A DNA stretch of 51,005 bases, the filler included, from Circinaria calcarea (taxonomy: Eukaryota): NCBI GenBank assembly GCA_051942165.1. It is 2 parts of 2 records of this genome, joined end to end, with 100 filler letters (N's around TTAATTAATTAA, not from the genome) between each part and the next. Parts side by side here need not be neighbours in the genome. Positions count along the whole stretch, not along the records: positions 1 to 25,458 come from JAVECS010000092.1; 1 more part is not named here. One strand, given 5' to 3'. Made by a program: the position numbers and the translations under genes. Under the pieces are notes generated by a model. It saw only the letters and a list, made by a program, of their open reading frames with translations, had not been told where the DNA came from and did no database searches. Below are positions 1 to 12,039 of this stretch, piece after piece. Within the stretch, counting starts at the first letter, position 1. The number at the start of each line of letters is the position of its first letter.

Positions 1-620
1 AACAGATCTTGCAATAACATCAAGTGTACTTACGTCTTCAATCCTAGATGCCAATGGGTTTCCAGGTAAAGAATTGAGGAGAGAAAGCTTGCATTATGAC
101 TTTCTTGAAGTCGCGATTTTATGGTCTAAACTAAATTAGGATGACAGGACGAAGCTAAGTAAGCGGCTTGCCACGAATTACCCCTCCAAGCATGACATCT
201 ATGAAGATTTGGACTATCGCACGTTGTTCACAGCAACTGAATCCCGCGTCAAATAGTAAGAAACCCCCCTATAACATGCCAAAGTACCGCGTGCTTAAGG
301 CTGATGAGTTAAATAAAGCTGCTGTACTGCATATTTCAATTTGAAACGCCGCACAACGTCATTACAACTTTCCCTCTATTTTTACTATGGCGCAGGCAAC
401 GAACAAGGCTCATCTTGATCAAGAGCCAGTAAACATAGACAAAGAACTGGAAACCCTTAGGGAGTGGCTTTCCAAGGAAACAACAGTGTTTGAGGACTCG
501 ACGGGTGGCAAGAAGAAGTGCGTGCATCCGCAGCTACTTCAAAACCTTCTTCCACTATTTACAACTCTGGGTTTCGTTAAAAGAGTCTGTTCTGATATCC
601 TGAACGTCAACTCCAGCTAA
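1..620 (+). CDS. possible 3' part of a multi-exon hypothetical gene (5' end outside window)
   Basis: Short open segments (DDRTKLSKRLATNYPSKHDIYEDLDYRTLF at ~140-250; ORF 387-620) separated by GT...CTAA...AG intron-like stretches; no recognisable domain. Confidence 0.3.
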
Positions 621-895
621 CGATCAAGCAGTCTTCTAGTTTCAAGTACGTACTATATCGACTGCCTGGCTCTGAGCCTACACCAATCTTTAACTCCTCG
701 GGGCCCACATGCATTGTTCCACTCCAAATTCTGAAGGGAACCCCAACGGTTTCTGAACCTACACATCTTAGCTCGACCCCAGCAGTTTCCAAACAATTAA
801 TTCCTGGGTGGATAACTTACATCACCCGTCCGGTGGTCGTTAGTCCGGAGCTGGATTTCCTATGCATTACAGTTTAGCTCACAAAAGAGGGGATG

Positions 896-3507
896 CTAGG
901 TGAAGTTCGATACCTCATGTGTCTCATGATTGATGTCACTGCCTTTAAATACATCCGCGTCGAATTCAATGCCGAACCCTTCAAATATGTTCATGTCGGG
1001 ATCAGTGTCGAAGCCTTCAAATATGCTCATGTCGGGATCAGTGTCGAAACCTTCAAATATACTCATATAGGGATCAGTGTCGAAGCCTTGAGGCACGCTT
1101 CCTACTGCGCTGTCTAGAGGTCGATATTGCGTCGATTGTGTTACTGCTTCTTGGACACTTGTTATCTTAGGCGTCTCTAAAGTACCGGTCTCGATAGCAA
1201 CATTATTTTGTCCCAATTGACGTTGCCCTCGTGCTCTATATCTGTCCTGTGAGTTTGCTGGAACTAGATCATTATGCGCTTGAACAACTTGGTTGAAGAT
1301 GTTTCGTGGATCGGCGCAATCATTCCCAGAACCGGTAGAAGGAAGGCCCTCCGGTCTCATATTGGCAATACAGTTTAGGGCACCGTCGCTTGCAGTCTGC
1401 CGACGAATTCTTTGCATTCCATTTTCTTCAACTGCAATCAAACTGGGGCTAGTAGCGCATGTTCCACCTAGCAGAACAATTTCTGAGACGGTTGGGTCTC
1501 TGGTAGGAATACTGGCTTGCTGGACAATATTCGCTGACGTGACATGGCTTAGCGACACCGTTTCAACCGAGGGACCTCTGAGCAACTGGAGTACCTGAGC
1601 GGCCGATTCCTCACTAGAAGCTAGTACCGGCTGTAATCTGCCATCGAATCCAGTGGCCGTGTTTTCAGAGCACTGAGTTGATGCGCGTTGATTGGTTGCA
1701 AAGCAATCAACACTCTGGGATGGCTCTGCCTCGCCGAGCTGAATACAGTGCCTTGGACTTGCACAAATGCGCTTGCCTAAAGATTGAGTAGGTGAGGAAG
1801 GTTGGAATTTTCGTTTCCTGGAGAGAAGTGGCAAAGATACTCGACCCGAGGATCCAACAAAATCCAGAATAGGGGGTTCGGCACCAGAGGATAGCAGAGC
1901 GTAAACTGGTGCACCATCCTCAGAATAATGAGTTCTTAGTTCTCCTGGTTTTTCTTGGTCAAGGCGCCCTGGAGAAGGAAGCTGGAGTGCTTTGCAAATT
2001 TCTTCGGAACTAAGCCAGAAATTTAGTCTCCAATCCCAGATCGTAACGCAAGTTACGTACTTATAGCCGAGAAATTGACATATAAATGAGGCTGGATGAA
2101 ATACAGTTCGTTTCACCAATTTCTCTGGGTTTTCATCCTTTACCCTTTTTACCACCTCATCAGCAATCGGTGGAATCCAGTCCCGACCCAGAGATGATAT
2201 CTCGCTCAGTGACGAATTTTTCGCTGCGGAAGTTTAGCTGAGAGTGGCTATGCGAACAAACATGAAGTTGCAGCTCACTCACCAGCAAAAGCGGGAAGGA
2301 TAAGGAACGCGCTCTCTCCCCAGTGACGATAGAGACGGTTAATGAGCGCATTGAGGAATTCTGCAATCCATCTCCAGCGGATCATTGCTCTACGGCACAT
2401 CCCGTCGTCGGCATCATCTACCTCCGAATCTGCAAGGCGAGGAGGAAGTGAAAGACTAGCATACAATACAGAACCAGCAAGATACTTCGCCCACCAGTTT
2501 GAATGCTGAGCATCATTTTTCAACTTCCTTGCAGTCTCCCAAAGACGTTGGGCATAATATTCAAAAGTGTGATATCGAACATGCGACACTACCACCTCAG
2601 GAGGATCGCGAGATAGAACCGTAAGTCCTTTCCGTAATTGCGAGACGACCTTTGAGACCTGGGACTCATTTGGTCGATAGGCCTCGCCCGATGAAATACT
2701 TTTCGCTACAGCTGCTGATTCGATTATAGGATTGAGGCATGCTTCCTCTGCCTCCGAATTACTTGGGCATAAAGAGGCCTGGTACGTAGTTATTTGGTCT
2801 GTCCCCGGTCTGTTTTCAGTCCGTTCGCATCCTGCTAGCCTGTCTTGCCTGATATCTTCATCGATTGTGAAGGCTGTCGGGCCCGTCTGTGCTGAAGACT
2901 CACGACTAGCTGCAGAGGTATACCGCTCCAGCAACGTATCTGCAATGATTGAACATGTTGCTTCCGGTGAATTGTATGAACGACTGAAATCTCTCGTATC
3001 ACTAGACCCTCGTAGTTAGTTTAATGATCGAGCTAACAAAGCGAGCAATAGCTACCAATCCTCGTTGGATATGTCCCATTCGCCAAGCTGAAAATACGCG
3101 CCAATAACTCTTTGAACGATCTGTCCAATTCTTTGATCCGTATCATCTGTCAAAACCTCTTCATGACAAACTTGATACCGATATCGAGGCTGAAACCCAT
3201 ATCTACCTGGCAATTGGAGGAAGGGAAAGGGAGTTATAGTAATTTGAATAGCGGCATAATGGCGATCAAGTTCAGCTGTAAAACAAACACAGGTAGGCCT
3301 ATCTCTGGCAAGTTGATAACGCGATAGGTAAATTTCAGCAGCCTTCCTTTGATCTTCTTGAGAGCAATAATATACAAGGCTGTTTTTGTTCATCTTTCCA
3401 TGAGAGTGAAGGAGAACCTCAAGAATCTTGAACTCGGCCTTTCTTTTGACAAGCATCATGTCAAATTCCGAAGATCTGACATAATCCTTGTCAACTCGGA
3501 TGCACAA
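896..3507 (-). CDS. large multi-exon hypothetical protein (5' end uncertain, may extend upstream of 3507)
   Basis: Three minus-strand ORFs (3052-3507, 2275-2934, 896-2155) join in frame through two phase-compatible introns: 3055-3002 (GTAGCT..CTAAC..TAG) and 2282-2224 (GTGAGT..GCTAAAC..CAG). Low-complexity C-terminus with 12-aa repeats; no family recognised. Confidence 0.6.
973..1090. repeat. 36-bp tandem repeat x3 (coding, FEGFDTDPDMSI-like units on minus strand)
   Basis: Units ccttcaaatatg(t/c)tcatgtcgggatcagtgtcgaa(g/a) start at 978, 1014 and 1050 (third copy slightly diverged). Confidence 0.92.
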
Positions 3508-4092
3508 TCTGCGCCTTTACATGCGCTAAAACAAGGTCTTGGCGTTATTTACCTCCAAGGTCCTCTACTAGATTTCCTCTGCACCGTCATTAACGACATT
3601 AACGCCATCCAAGCCTCAATTATCTGAAAATTTCATGTAGAGACCATAGAAGGATATTGGGACTAGCGAAATTATCTCATGGTCCTAGGAATTTCTTGAT
3701 AATATGGGTATCTACATGTTTCTATATAGCTGCATAGTCCACGAGGCTACAAGATGTAGTTGCTTTCTCTTCCAAATACGACTGTTTGCCTTGCACGATC
3801 AGCTACCTTCTCTATTGGCTTCCTCTATCTCTGCACTGAAGCTTTCTGCATGCTAATCCACCTTGGTTGCATACACCCCAGCGTTTCCAGGATCTTCCTA
3901 CGATTTGTGAATCATTGGCTGCGATCGAGCTACGAATATTTTCTCAGTGTCAGTGCCTTCCCTAGCTCTGTCCGCCTTCTTGCTTTATCTCATCCACCTT
4001 GGCCGTGCATCAGTTACCGTCTGCACGCAGATCTTCGAAGGCTCCTTTGCGCCTGGCTGCACGTCCACTCTTAAGGAGTCACTTTGTCTATC

Positions 4093-4524
4093 ATGCAGGC
4101 CTTACAACGACTCTTTCAACGTTCCCTACCCCAAGAGAATCGATATTTTCCACAACCGATTATGCCTTGTACTGAAGTTGGGGAACCTGAGATGTTAACA
4201 CTTAAAAGTTTGGAGTTATTCGACGATGAACGGGTAATCGCATGGGTGGAGAGGAATTACGGGGATGGATCCGCCTTCCACTATCGCTGTTCATATCGCT
4301 GCTTATTCACGCGAGACCAATTTTCCGCTGTCAAAGGTGCTGAAGGGATTGGAGGGCCACCGTCAGCGGACAAGTCTGAACCTGGAAGGCCAGCGTTGGC
4401 GAGAAAGCCTGCGATTGAGCTTGGAAGGCCATCGTTAATGAACAAGCCAGACTATATTGATATGGACGACAATTGGACGGCATGGTTCCAACAGCTGATA
4501 CCTTGTTTGGGCACATACTACTGA
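4093..4524 (+). CDS. hypothetical protein
   Basis: ATG-started ORF of ~143 aa with protein-like composition; no motif recognised. Confidence 0.3.
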   Translation: MQALQRLFQRSLPQENRYFPQPIMPCTEVGEPEMLTLKSLELFDDERVIAWVERNYGDGSAFHYRCSYRCLFTRDQFSAVKGAEGIGGPPSADKSEPGRPALARKPAIELGRPSLMNKPDYIDMDDNWTAWFQQLIPCLGTYY

Positions 4525-6203
4525 AGGATTTTGGGCTTAACTTGGTGGCTTTTTGTGTCTGGTTGGGTACATCGGGGAAGAGTGCTTTGGTCTCTGTCTA
4601 CTATCATGCAGCTAGCGGTGGCCGTATACATATTTTGGGACTCCCTACCTTCGTGTTCCGTACCATACGACTAATAGATGCTGGTCAACTCGGAGCTATC
4701 GAGATCCCGTTTCTTTCTTCTATCTGCGCTCAAAGCTTTTTCTTGTACTTCGGTTGCATTTAACCTACTCTCATCTCATACGGTTTGTTAACATACACGG
4801 GCTACCTGTCCAAGATGTCTCCACTATGTAAGGAGGCTTCTCTTTACGTAAGTACGGTGGGCAGAGCTTAGCAAAGACTAGCAAGCTCTGTAGATAGCAC
4901 TAAGGAAGCTGGTTAATCTTTTAATGTAACTTCGGCTCTGTGATCGCATTGATATTCTTTGCTTATGGTATATATAGCTCCCTCAACAAGTATTTAAATG
5001 TCCCTCTTCGAATCGTAGATGCGCTAAATGGTAAGATCCACAAGTGAATTTAGTGAGGGAATAGCTGTAGAGACGCTCAGAGGTCGAGGGTGACGAAAAA
5101 AGAGACCGATAGTATTTCCAATCTATGTGCAGCCGCTGCATGCTCTTCCTTTGATGCCGTATTTTGGTCCCTCCTTCTCCTTACATGCTCCTAATCTTCT
5201 TGTCAGTCAACTTTAAATCTCATACCTCCGTACAACGGACCACATATCTCATCCTCTTGCTTCCTAGGCGATCGTTAGCAATACTGAGAGTTTCCATGTG
5301 CGAAGTTTCCATACGTTTCAACAATATTTGGATCGCATTGCTCATGAGTTTGTTGATACTTTACGCACCAAGCCTTGACCAAGCAGCGTATATGGGTGCA
5401 CTTATATGTTACTTTCATGTAATCACACATTGTGGTTACCTCTTAGTGATTAGAATATACAAGCGGAGGGAGGGTAAGGTAGAAACTAAATAACAAATTT
5501 TCCATTCGGGTTTGGACTGGCTATCTTATAACGACGCGCAAGACCTGCGGGTTAGAAATTCATGTTCCTTTTCACTTTCATGTGGCGGATCATTGCTAGT
5601 GGTGCCAACCTGTAAAGTTGCATATTCCTTCGCATGCATAGAACTTGGTCTGTATGCAGACGGTAGCCGCACTCTGAACTTCTCTGATAGATCCACAAAC
5701 CAAGCTCTGTAATGCAGTGGATTGCTCCGCTGTAAGTGCGGTGTGGATCCTCATGGTCTTCTACTGTCTGCCGACAAAAAATCGGGTAAAGAGAAGAGAG
5801 GCATAGGAATCCGACTTTGGAAGAGGATGGAATGGTCTAGAGTGATTCCAAGCCGAGTTGCTCTGCTTCCGAGTTCTCAATTTCTCACCAATCATCTTCG
5901 TGCCCTTTCCTCGCTTTTGAAGTTCACCCCTTCGCCAATGAACACGCTTATCTCTGTCAAGGGCTGTTTTTCGACAGCGAGGATGCGGCCATGACTCATT
6001 GGCTGTTTGATAGATCTGAGCCCATCGATGTACAGCCCTCGCAAGCAAAACATAGTCACACTGCATATCAGGCATGCATTGCCGATAATTTTTCGACCAC
6101 AGACTCAGTTCTCCCCTCCTTCGCGACTCTTTGTGTCCATATATCCTGAGAGCATCAGTATTATCACCTCAACAAAGCCCCTCTTAGATCAGCCGTCGAT
6201 ACA

Positions 6204-7975
6204 ATGCCTCATACGCACCCGGCAGGAGCCACGGAGTGGCAGGCGGCCGTCAACAGAGGGATAGAGCTGCAGGCCAGCATTCTCGAAGCCTTTATCCCAG
6301 GCTATTCAATCATTTCGAGTTTCCTTCTTGAAGTTCTAGGCTTTGACATCACCATTGTTGTCTCCATATGTTTGCTCACATTCGCCCTTGTAACATCCAT
6401 CAAATATGTCTGGAACCATGTGTATAAATGGTTTAAGATCCATTTGATGTCCTATGTCAGTATTGAGTCCGACGATGACATCTATGAGCATGTCATGGAT
6501 TGGTTGAGTGAGCAGCGAGTGTCCCATGAATCGCAAACCTTAACGGCAAGGACAGAGCAGCATTCGTGGGATGCAGACGAGGCAGATGGTGACGGCACTA
6601 ACACGGACGGTGGGGGCTTTACTTGACTTTTCCAATTGGGCTAGCAAGGTGTGTACCCCTTGGCGAAAGCCGCTTCTTTGGGTACTTTGGGGCTAATAAG
6701 TAGAAATCTGAGGATAGGTTTCGCCCAAATACCAACCCCACTACGGCAAACATTGGTTTAGGCATAATGGCCGGTATTTTGAATTCGAGAGGGAGAATAA
6801 GCCAATGTTGAGGACGTCGAGTTGCGGTGGAAGTATACTGAGAGACGAGGAGACGATTAAAGTAACTTGCATTGGGCGTTCAACGCAACCAATCAAGGAT
6901 CTTATCAAGGAATGTCAGGACCACTATTTCGGCAAGAAGTCTTCCCGAACTGTTGTACGGAGACCAGCTGGGAAAGTCTCAAGGCCGAAATCCTTGGATC
7001 AAGGTAGCAACAAGGCCTTCTAGGCCTATAGACACTGTGGTTTTGGAGCGTGATCAGAAAGACAGCGTTATAGCTGATATGAATGAGTATCCACACCCCG
7101 CTAGCTCACGGTGTAAGTAATGTATCTCTGACCATTTATGGATGCAGGGCTAACCGTTCTTCAGGGTACGCCAATCGTGGTATACCATATCGCAGAGGTT
7201 ACCTCTTCCACGGCCCTCCTGGGACCGGTAAGACGTCACTCTCGTTTGCCATTGCTGGTGTCTTCGGCCTTGACATTCATTGCGTCTCTCTGCTCGAGGC
7301 AACCCTGACCGAAGAAGATCTCGGACTCCTTTTCAATAGTCTTCCGCGCCGCTGTGTTGTCTTACTCGAAGACATCGACAGCGCTGGCCTCATACGCCAC
7401 GAGGAGCCAACCGACGACATCCACACTGGTTCCAAGGGAAAAATAGAACCCACCACTCAAATCAGTGTCGAAATCGCCAAAGCATTCAGAATTGTTCAAG
7501 AAAAGAACGACAAGAACCTAAGCAGAAATCAAGGCATCTCGCTCTCTGGACTCCTCAACGCCATTGACGGTGTTGCTTCCCATGAAGGTAGAGTCCTTGT
7601 TATGACGACGCTCTCATTCGCCCCGGCAGAGTCGATATAAAAGTCGGGTTTACAATGTCCCGAAAGACTCAGATCTATGAACTCTTTATCCGTATGTACT
7701 CCGCTGATTCCACGAGAGCTAACCTCAAAAGCGCCACCGAGACATCCACCTCATCATTGACGCCGCGAGAGAAGATCTTCCCGGAGCTCGATTTGGAGAA
7801 GGTTGCTGTTCAATTTGCCTCGCTGCTGCCCGACGACAAATTCACACCTGCAGAGATCCAAGGATTCTTGCTTACGAGGAAGAAGGAGCCTAACAAGGCG
7901 TTAGAGGAAGTTGTTGGGTGGAGAGACAAATTGCTTAATTCGAAGGCTGCGAAGTCGAATTTGATACGCACTTAG
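6204..7975 (+). pseudogene. BCS1-like AAA+ ATPase, disrupted by three frameshifts
   Basis: N-terminal TM segment and BCS1_N-like region, RPIDTVVL, WYANRGIPYRRGYLFHGPPGTGKTS (Walker A), LLEDID (Walker B), ISLSGLLNAIDGV, ALIRPGRVD, FTPAEIQGFL. Introns at ~6649-6717 and ~7113-7164. Frame breaks at ~6615, ~6975 and ~7608. Confidence 0.85.
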
Positions 7976-9073
7976 AGAGGCAGAGTTAGAATAGAAATCT
8001 TTGAATGATGACGGCGGGGCTCTCACCTGAGTTCCTAGTCAGCAGCCATAGAAGAGGCGGCGAAAGCCGTACTAGCGTTTGTAGAAGATCTTGATGCGTT
8101 GATTTTAGAAATTGATTAAGTCTGCTGTCGAGATCCGATGGTGTCGACAGGGCCGAAGGGGCTAGCCCCAAGCAGTTTTGGTTGACGGAAAAACTAATCC
8201 CGAGAGAGCTTGCGACATCTCCATGGCGATGCTTGACGGCACACACTCGCATGCGTGTGCGAGCCTGGATAGAGGAGATCGCCATGTTAGCCTTTCGTGT
8301 GCGAGAGAGAATGACCAGATGTCTATAAGCACAAAGTTACCAATTTTCTTCTACAGCAATCTCACCACCTATGCTTATCTCCTCGATGTACCTCGGGCTC
8401 GTTCTTTTTTGTACTTGGCTGTGAATCCATGTATCCCCTGAATAGATTCTTCCAGCAAAGCTCCTATCGAAGATATCTAAATATTGTCTTCATTAATCAC
8501 AGCTCTCCTAGCTTGTTCCTCCATTCTATCGAGCTCTGTACGCCATTCAGAAACAACTTGACGTTCTTCCGCGAATCTTATTCGAAGCTTTTCCTTGTAG
8601 GTCTCGAGTTTGTTGCTTTGGTTCTACATTTCTACTTGCAGTTCTGCTAGCTGCATTACTCGTCGTTGGTCCTAAAGAACACTCGCGGCCTTTGCCGCTC
8701 ATTGAATTATTTATATAATCCTGGCAGCACTTATTTATAAACGGTAAACTACTAAATGACGAAGCATGTTGACGGGTGAGCATATAGTCTTCAAGGTAGT
8801 CCACTGTCATTGTTGAATGCGTGCTGCGGGAGTGAACTAGAATATCTTAATATCACACGTATCCATCTATTCAGCTCTACTGCTTCAGGACAGTCCCACA
8901 TATGCTCCTTTAATATGTCTGGTAACCATTTCATGGCGAAGTCGAAGCAGCATTCCTCGAGTAGACGCTGCGCAATAGAACGCCTATTGTATGTTGAAGT
9001 TCACATGATGAAGGAGAACGTGATGCATTTAGTTCCTGTACCGTGATTAGCATTGCCTGCTTCTTTTCTCCGC

Positions 9074-9894
9074 TTAAAAAGTGTCTAACGAGTGCATTGC
9101 CTCCTCTCTCACGCCCCCATCTACCGGACATGCAGCGTTGGATCCCAGATCTTGCAAGACTGCCTCAGCCGAGTCATATTCCCCGGCCCAGCATTTATGG
9201 ATCACGTGGTTCATGAAGAGAGACTCCAGCTTAGGGAACCGGCGGGATACAAATCTCGCTGTGATTTGCTCTTCATCGTCGAAAGAATCCAAGTCCGGAA
9301 ATGGTTCGTGACCCTCATGTAGTAGAATGTTGAACCGAGAGCGAAAATGTCGGTTTTTCGGTCTGAGTAGTTAGGATCGGCTCTAGGCATGAATGACTTG
9401 ATGTTCTCTCGGGCCAGACCGTCCTTGTCGACGCTCCCATTCAGCCGGAGAAGACGTCCTTGAAAATCGCATAGTTTGACCGTTAAGTTATCGTCAACAA
9501 GAAGATTATTGACATTAATATCACAGTGAATAACACCTGCCCTGTGTGTAACAGCAACAGCTTCGGTAGCTTGACGTGCCCATATGAACCTTTCTTGCCA
9601 TGTAGGTTTGTAGTTTTTGAGAAACTGGACTACGGATCCGTGCGGTGCACGTTCAAGTAGAAGACCATCTTCTCTCTGGCCCTTGAAGCCAATAATGTGC
9701 TTGTGAGGCCCTATAGTTGTAAGGATTTGAGCTTCAAGGCCTAGAATCGCAAGTGCTGTTTTATCACCTGGGGCTTTTGGGTATTTGAGGATAGTCGTCT
9801 CATCTATAGCACCGATAAAGCTATCGCTGCCTAACCCTAGGAACTCAGTGACCCCTTCCGGTTTGTAAAAGAGTCTGTAGATCTCTGTAGCCAT
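9074..9894 (-). pseudogene. small fungal Ser/Thr protein kinase with one frameshift near 9315
   Basis: GLGSDS, ILKYP, HKHII, HCDINVNNLL, LCDFQG and TDIFALGS motifs. The C-lobe (GHEPFPDLDSFDDEEQITARF...IHKCWAGEYDSA) continues in another frame to the stop at 9074. Confidence 0.75.
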
Positions 9895-10710
9895 TTCGTA
9901 AATGTCTGTTGTTGCGCTGCGCGCTGGTATGTACAGATAGAGGTAGAAGTATTAGTGTGCAAGGACAGCGATTATTCGGAAGCATCCGGGTGCCAATGTT
10001 ATATTTATAACTGTACTGAGCCAGGCCCAGGCTGTCAGTTCAATGTACAAGTGCTCACGAGGCATACAGGGGCTTGCAAGACACAGTCCGAAATAAGAAT
10101 GCGTTTATAAGGCACACTGGCTCACACCTAGAGGGACCAAGTTGATGCAAAGCTCATGTATTTTAGACTACTGTCAGGGTAGAGATTGAACTGTCTACCT
10201 AAGAAGCGAGGAAAGGACCCTGGTTTGGTTAAACGAGTGGCAACGCCAGCTTTATTCCAACACATCAATTATACGAAAGCCGCCTGAAGAAACTTTCATT
10301 AGACCAGGCCCCTCTAGCTCAAGCCCAGAATGTTCTAAGAAAGCTATGTGGGTTGTCAAAAAATCCATTTGTCTGAGTGGAGATCTTGGAAGTCTCAAAT
10401 TTCGGCCACACTTTCAGGATTCTTAATTGTTCTCAACCACCCAGTTCGCTGCCTTCGCATCTTGAAGCGATAGGTGAGAACAAATATTACTGAAATAGGC
10501 TTAGCAGTGTACAGTAGCAGTTATCGCATCATTCTACTGTACAGCGCTATCTTATCATCAACATCTTGCCCACGCGCTGATGGGCGTTTTACAACCAGAG
10601 TTTTCATAGCTTCCGTGATGGAAGGACCGGAACCAATGACAACTCACTATGAAAGGGTAAAGCAAGGCTCGAAATGTTAATTGCAGCCTATTATGCTTAT
10701 CACGTTTCAG

Positions 10711-11993
10711 TTCGATACCTTACTGCAAGAGTTTAACGTCACCGTTCATATACATCTCTTCCGGGGTATCATTCTTCCAACTTCATGGCGAAGACTGCGA
10801 ACTGCCTTCGGCGAATTCGTATATGGGTGGAAGTCCCAAGGCCTGGCTGGTCGTCCACCCTAGATCGAAAGGTGATCTCGAACTCCGAATAAGCAAGGAA
10901 ACGGAAGCACGGCCATCCTGCAGTCAATGGCTGCGCCATCTCGGCCTTCTGCTTCGTCCCTCTCAATTACGCCGCTGGGGGATCAGATTCGAGATTGTGC
11001 TCCAGTCGCCTGGATGCTTGATGCTGTTACAACCGAACGCTCTTCACTGCGGACTGAACCTAGGTGCCAATATAGCGGAGGCAATCAACTATGCGGAGTC
11101 GACCTGGGAAGTCCCTCCTTGGTACATGGACTGCCATACTGGGTGCGGTATTTCCCCTTTGCTCGCTGCCGACTTCCAGGCTGGTGAATTGAGACCATTG
11201 GATATTGACACTAGTTGGGAAGATCCTCCGGTGGAGAAAGCTCCTCTGGTAAAGAAGCGCTCGAAGACTCATGCTTCGCAAGAGATCCCGTCGAAGCAGG
11301 CGCTGTCTCGTCAACCCAAAGCGATGCCTTCTACTCCCAATTCAGCTCGACCGCCCAGCGTTCGTTCACCTCCCTTACGAGTTGAAGACAGAATAGGGTC
11401 CTTGCCCTCCGACACTACATGCCTGGAAGCAGTATCATCGTTGCGAGTGGAAACAGCAGGCGCCTTACCCGGAAAAAGATGAACAGCCAATATCCTTGAC
11501 CTTGGATACTCCGTCCAATACTTCCGGCCCCTGTTCTGTGGCGACCTCTTCTTTCGACCGTTCCACACCGCCATCGTCGATCGGTATTCCCTCGCCGTCC
11601 CTGCCCCGTCATGACTGTTCCACGTCGTTGTTTCCTCCCCCAGAGCATTCGTCCAAGGCGACTTCACCTGTCTCTGGCGCTGCGGGTCCCCAGGGTTCAC
11701 CGTCCACGTCGGGAAGCCAAGATAACCCCCGAGGGAGCTACCCGTCAGACACGTCCGCATCGTATTCGCCTGTATCAGCTCCACGCGAGAGTCCATTAGA
11801 TGTTTTGCGGGCTAGGTTTTATTGCAGGATACTTTCGTCTCTCTCTCTCACACTTGATTCGTCTCTCTCATTTGATCTAATCCTGCTCTTATCTTACTCC
11901 AGCTATAAGAAACATCATGCAGATTCAGACTCTAGAGAAAGTAAGGTGCGCAATCACATACCTATCAGACGGAGTAAATCAGTAGGATTTTGA
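10711..11993 (+). pseudogene. KDM4/JMJD2-like JmjC domain protein with Pro/Ser-rich tail (5' exons unresolved; frameshift at A5 11473-11477)
   Basis: In-frame translation SLTSPFIYISSGVSFFQLHGEDCELPSANSYMGGSPKAWLVV...CSQWLRH...QSPGCLMLLQPNALHCGLNLGANIAEAINYA matches the JmjC core. The HxE is at 10784-10792 and the distal His at 11045. Confidence 0.7.
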
Positions 11994-12039
11994 ATCTGCA
12001 TTACGAGTTTTCGGGATTGCAGAAGCCCTCCCTCCAGCA

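Noticed and set aside
973..1090. 36-bp repeats as a CRISPR array
   Set aside because: Units are contiguous with no unique spacers, lie in frame in a coding exon, and the DNA is eukaryotic with no cas genes.
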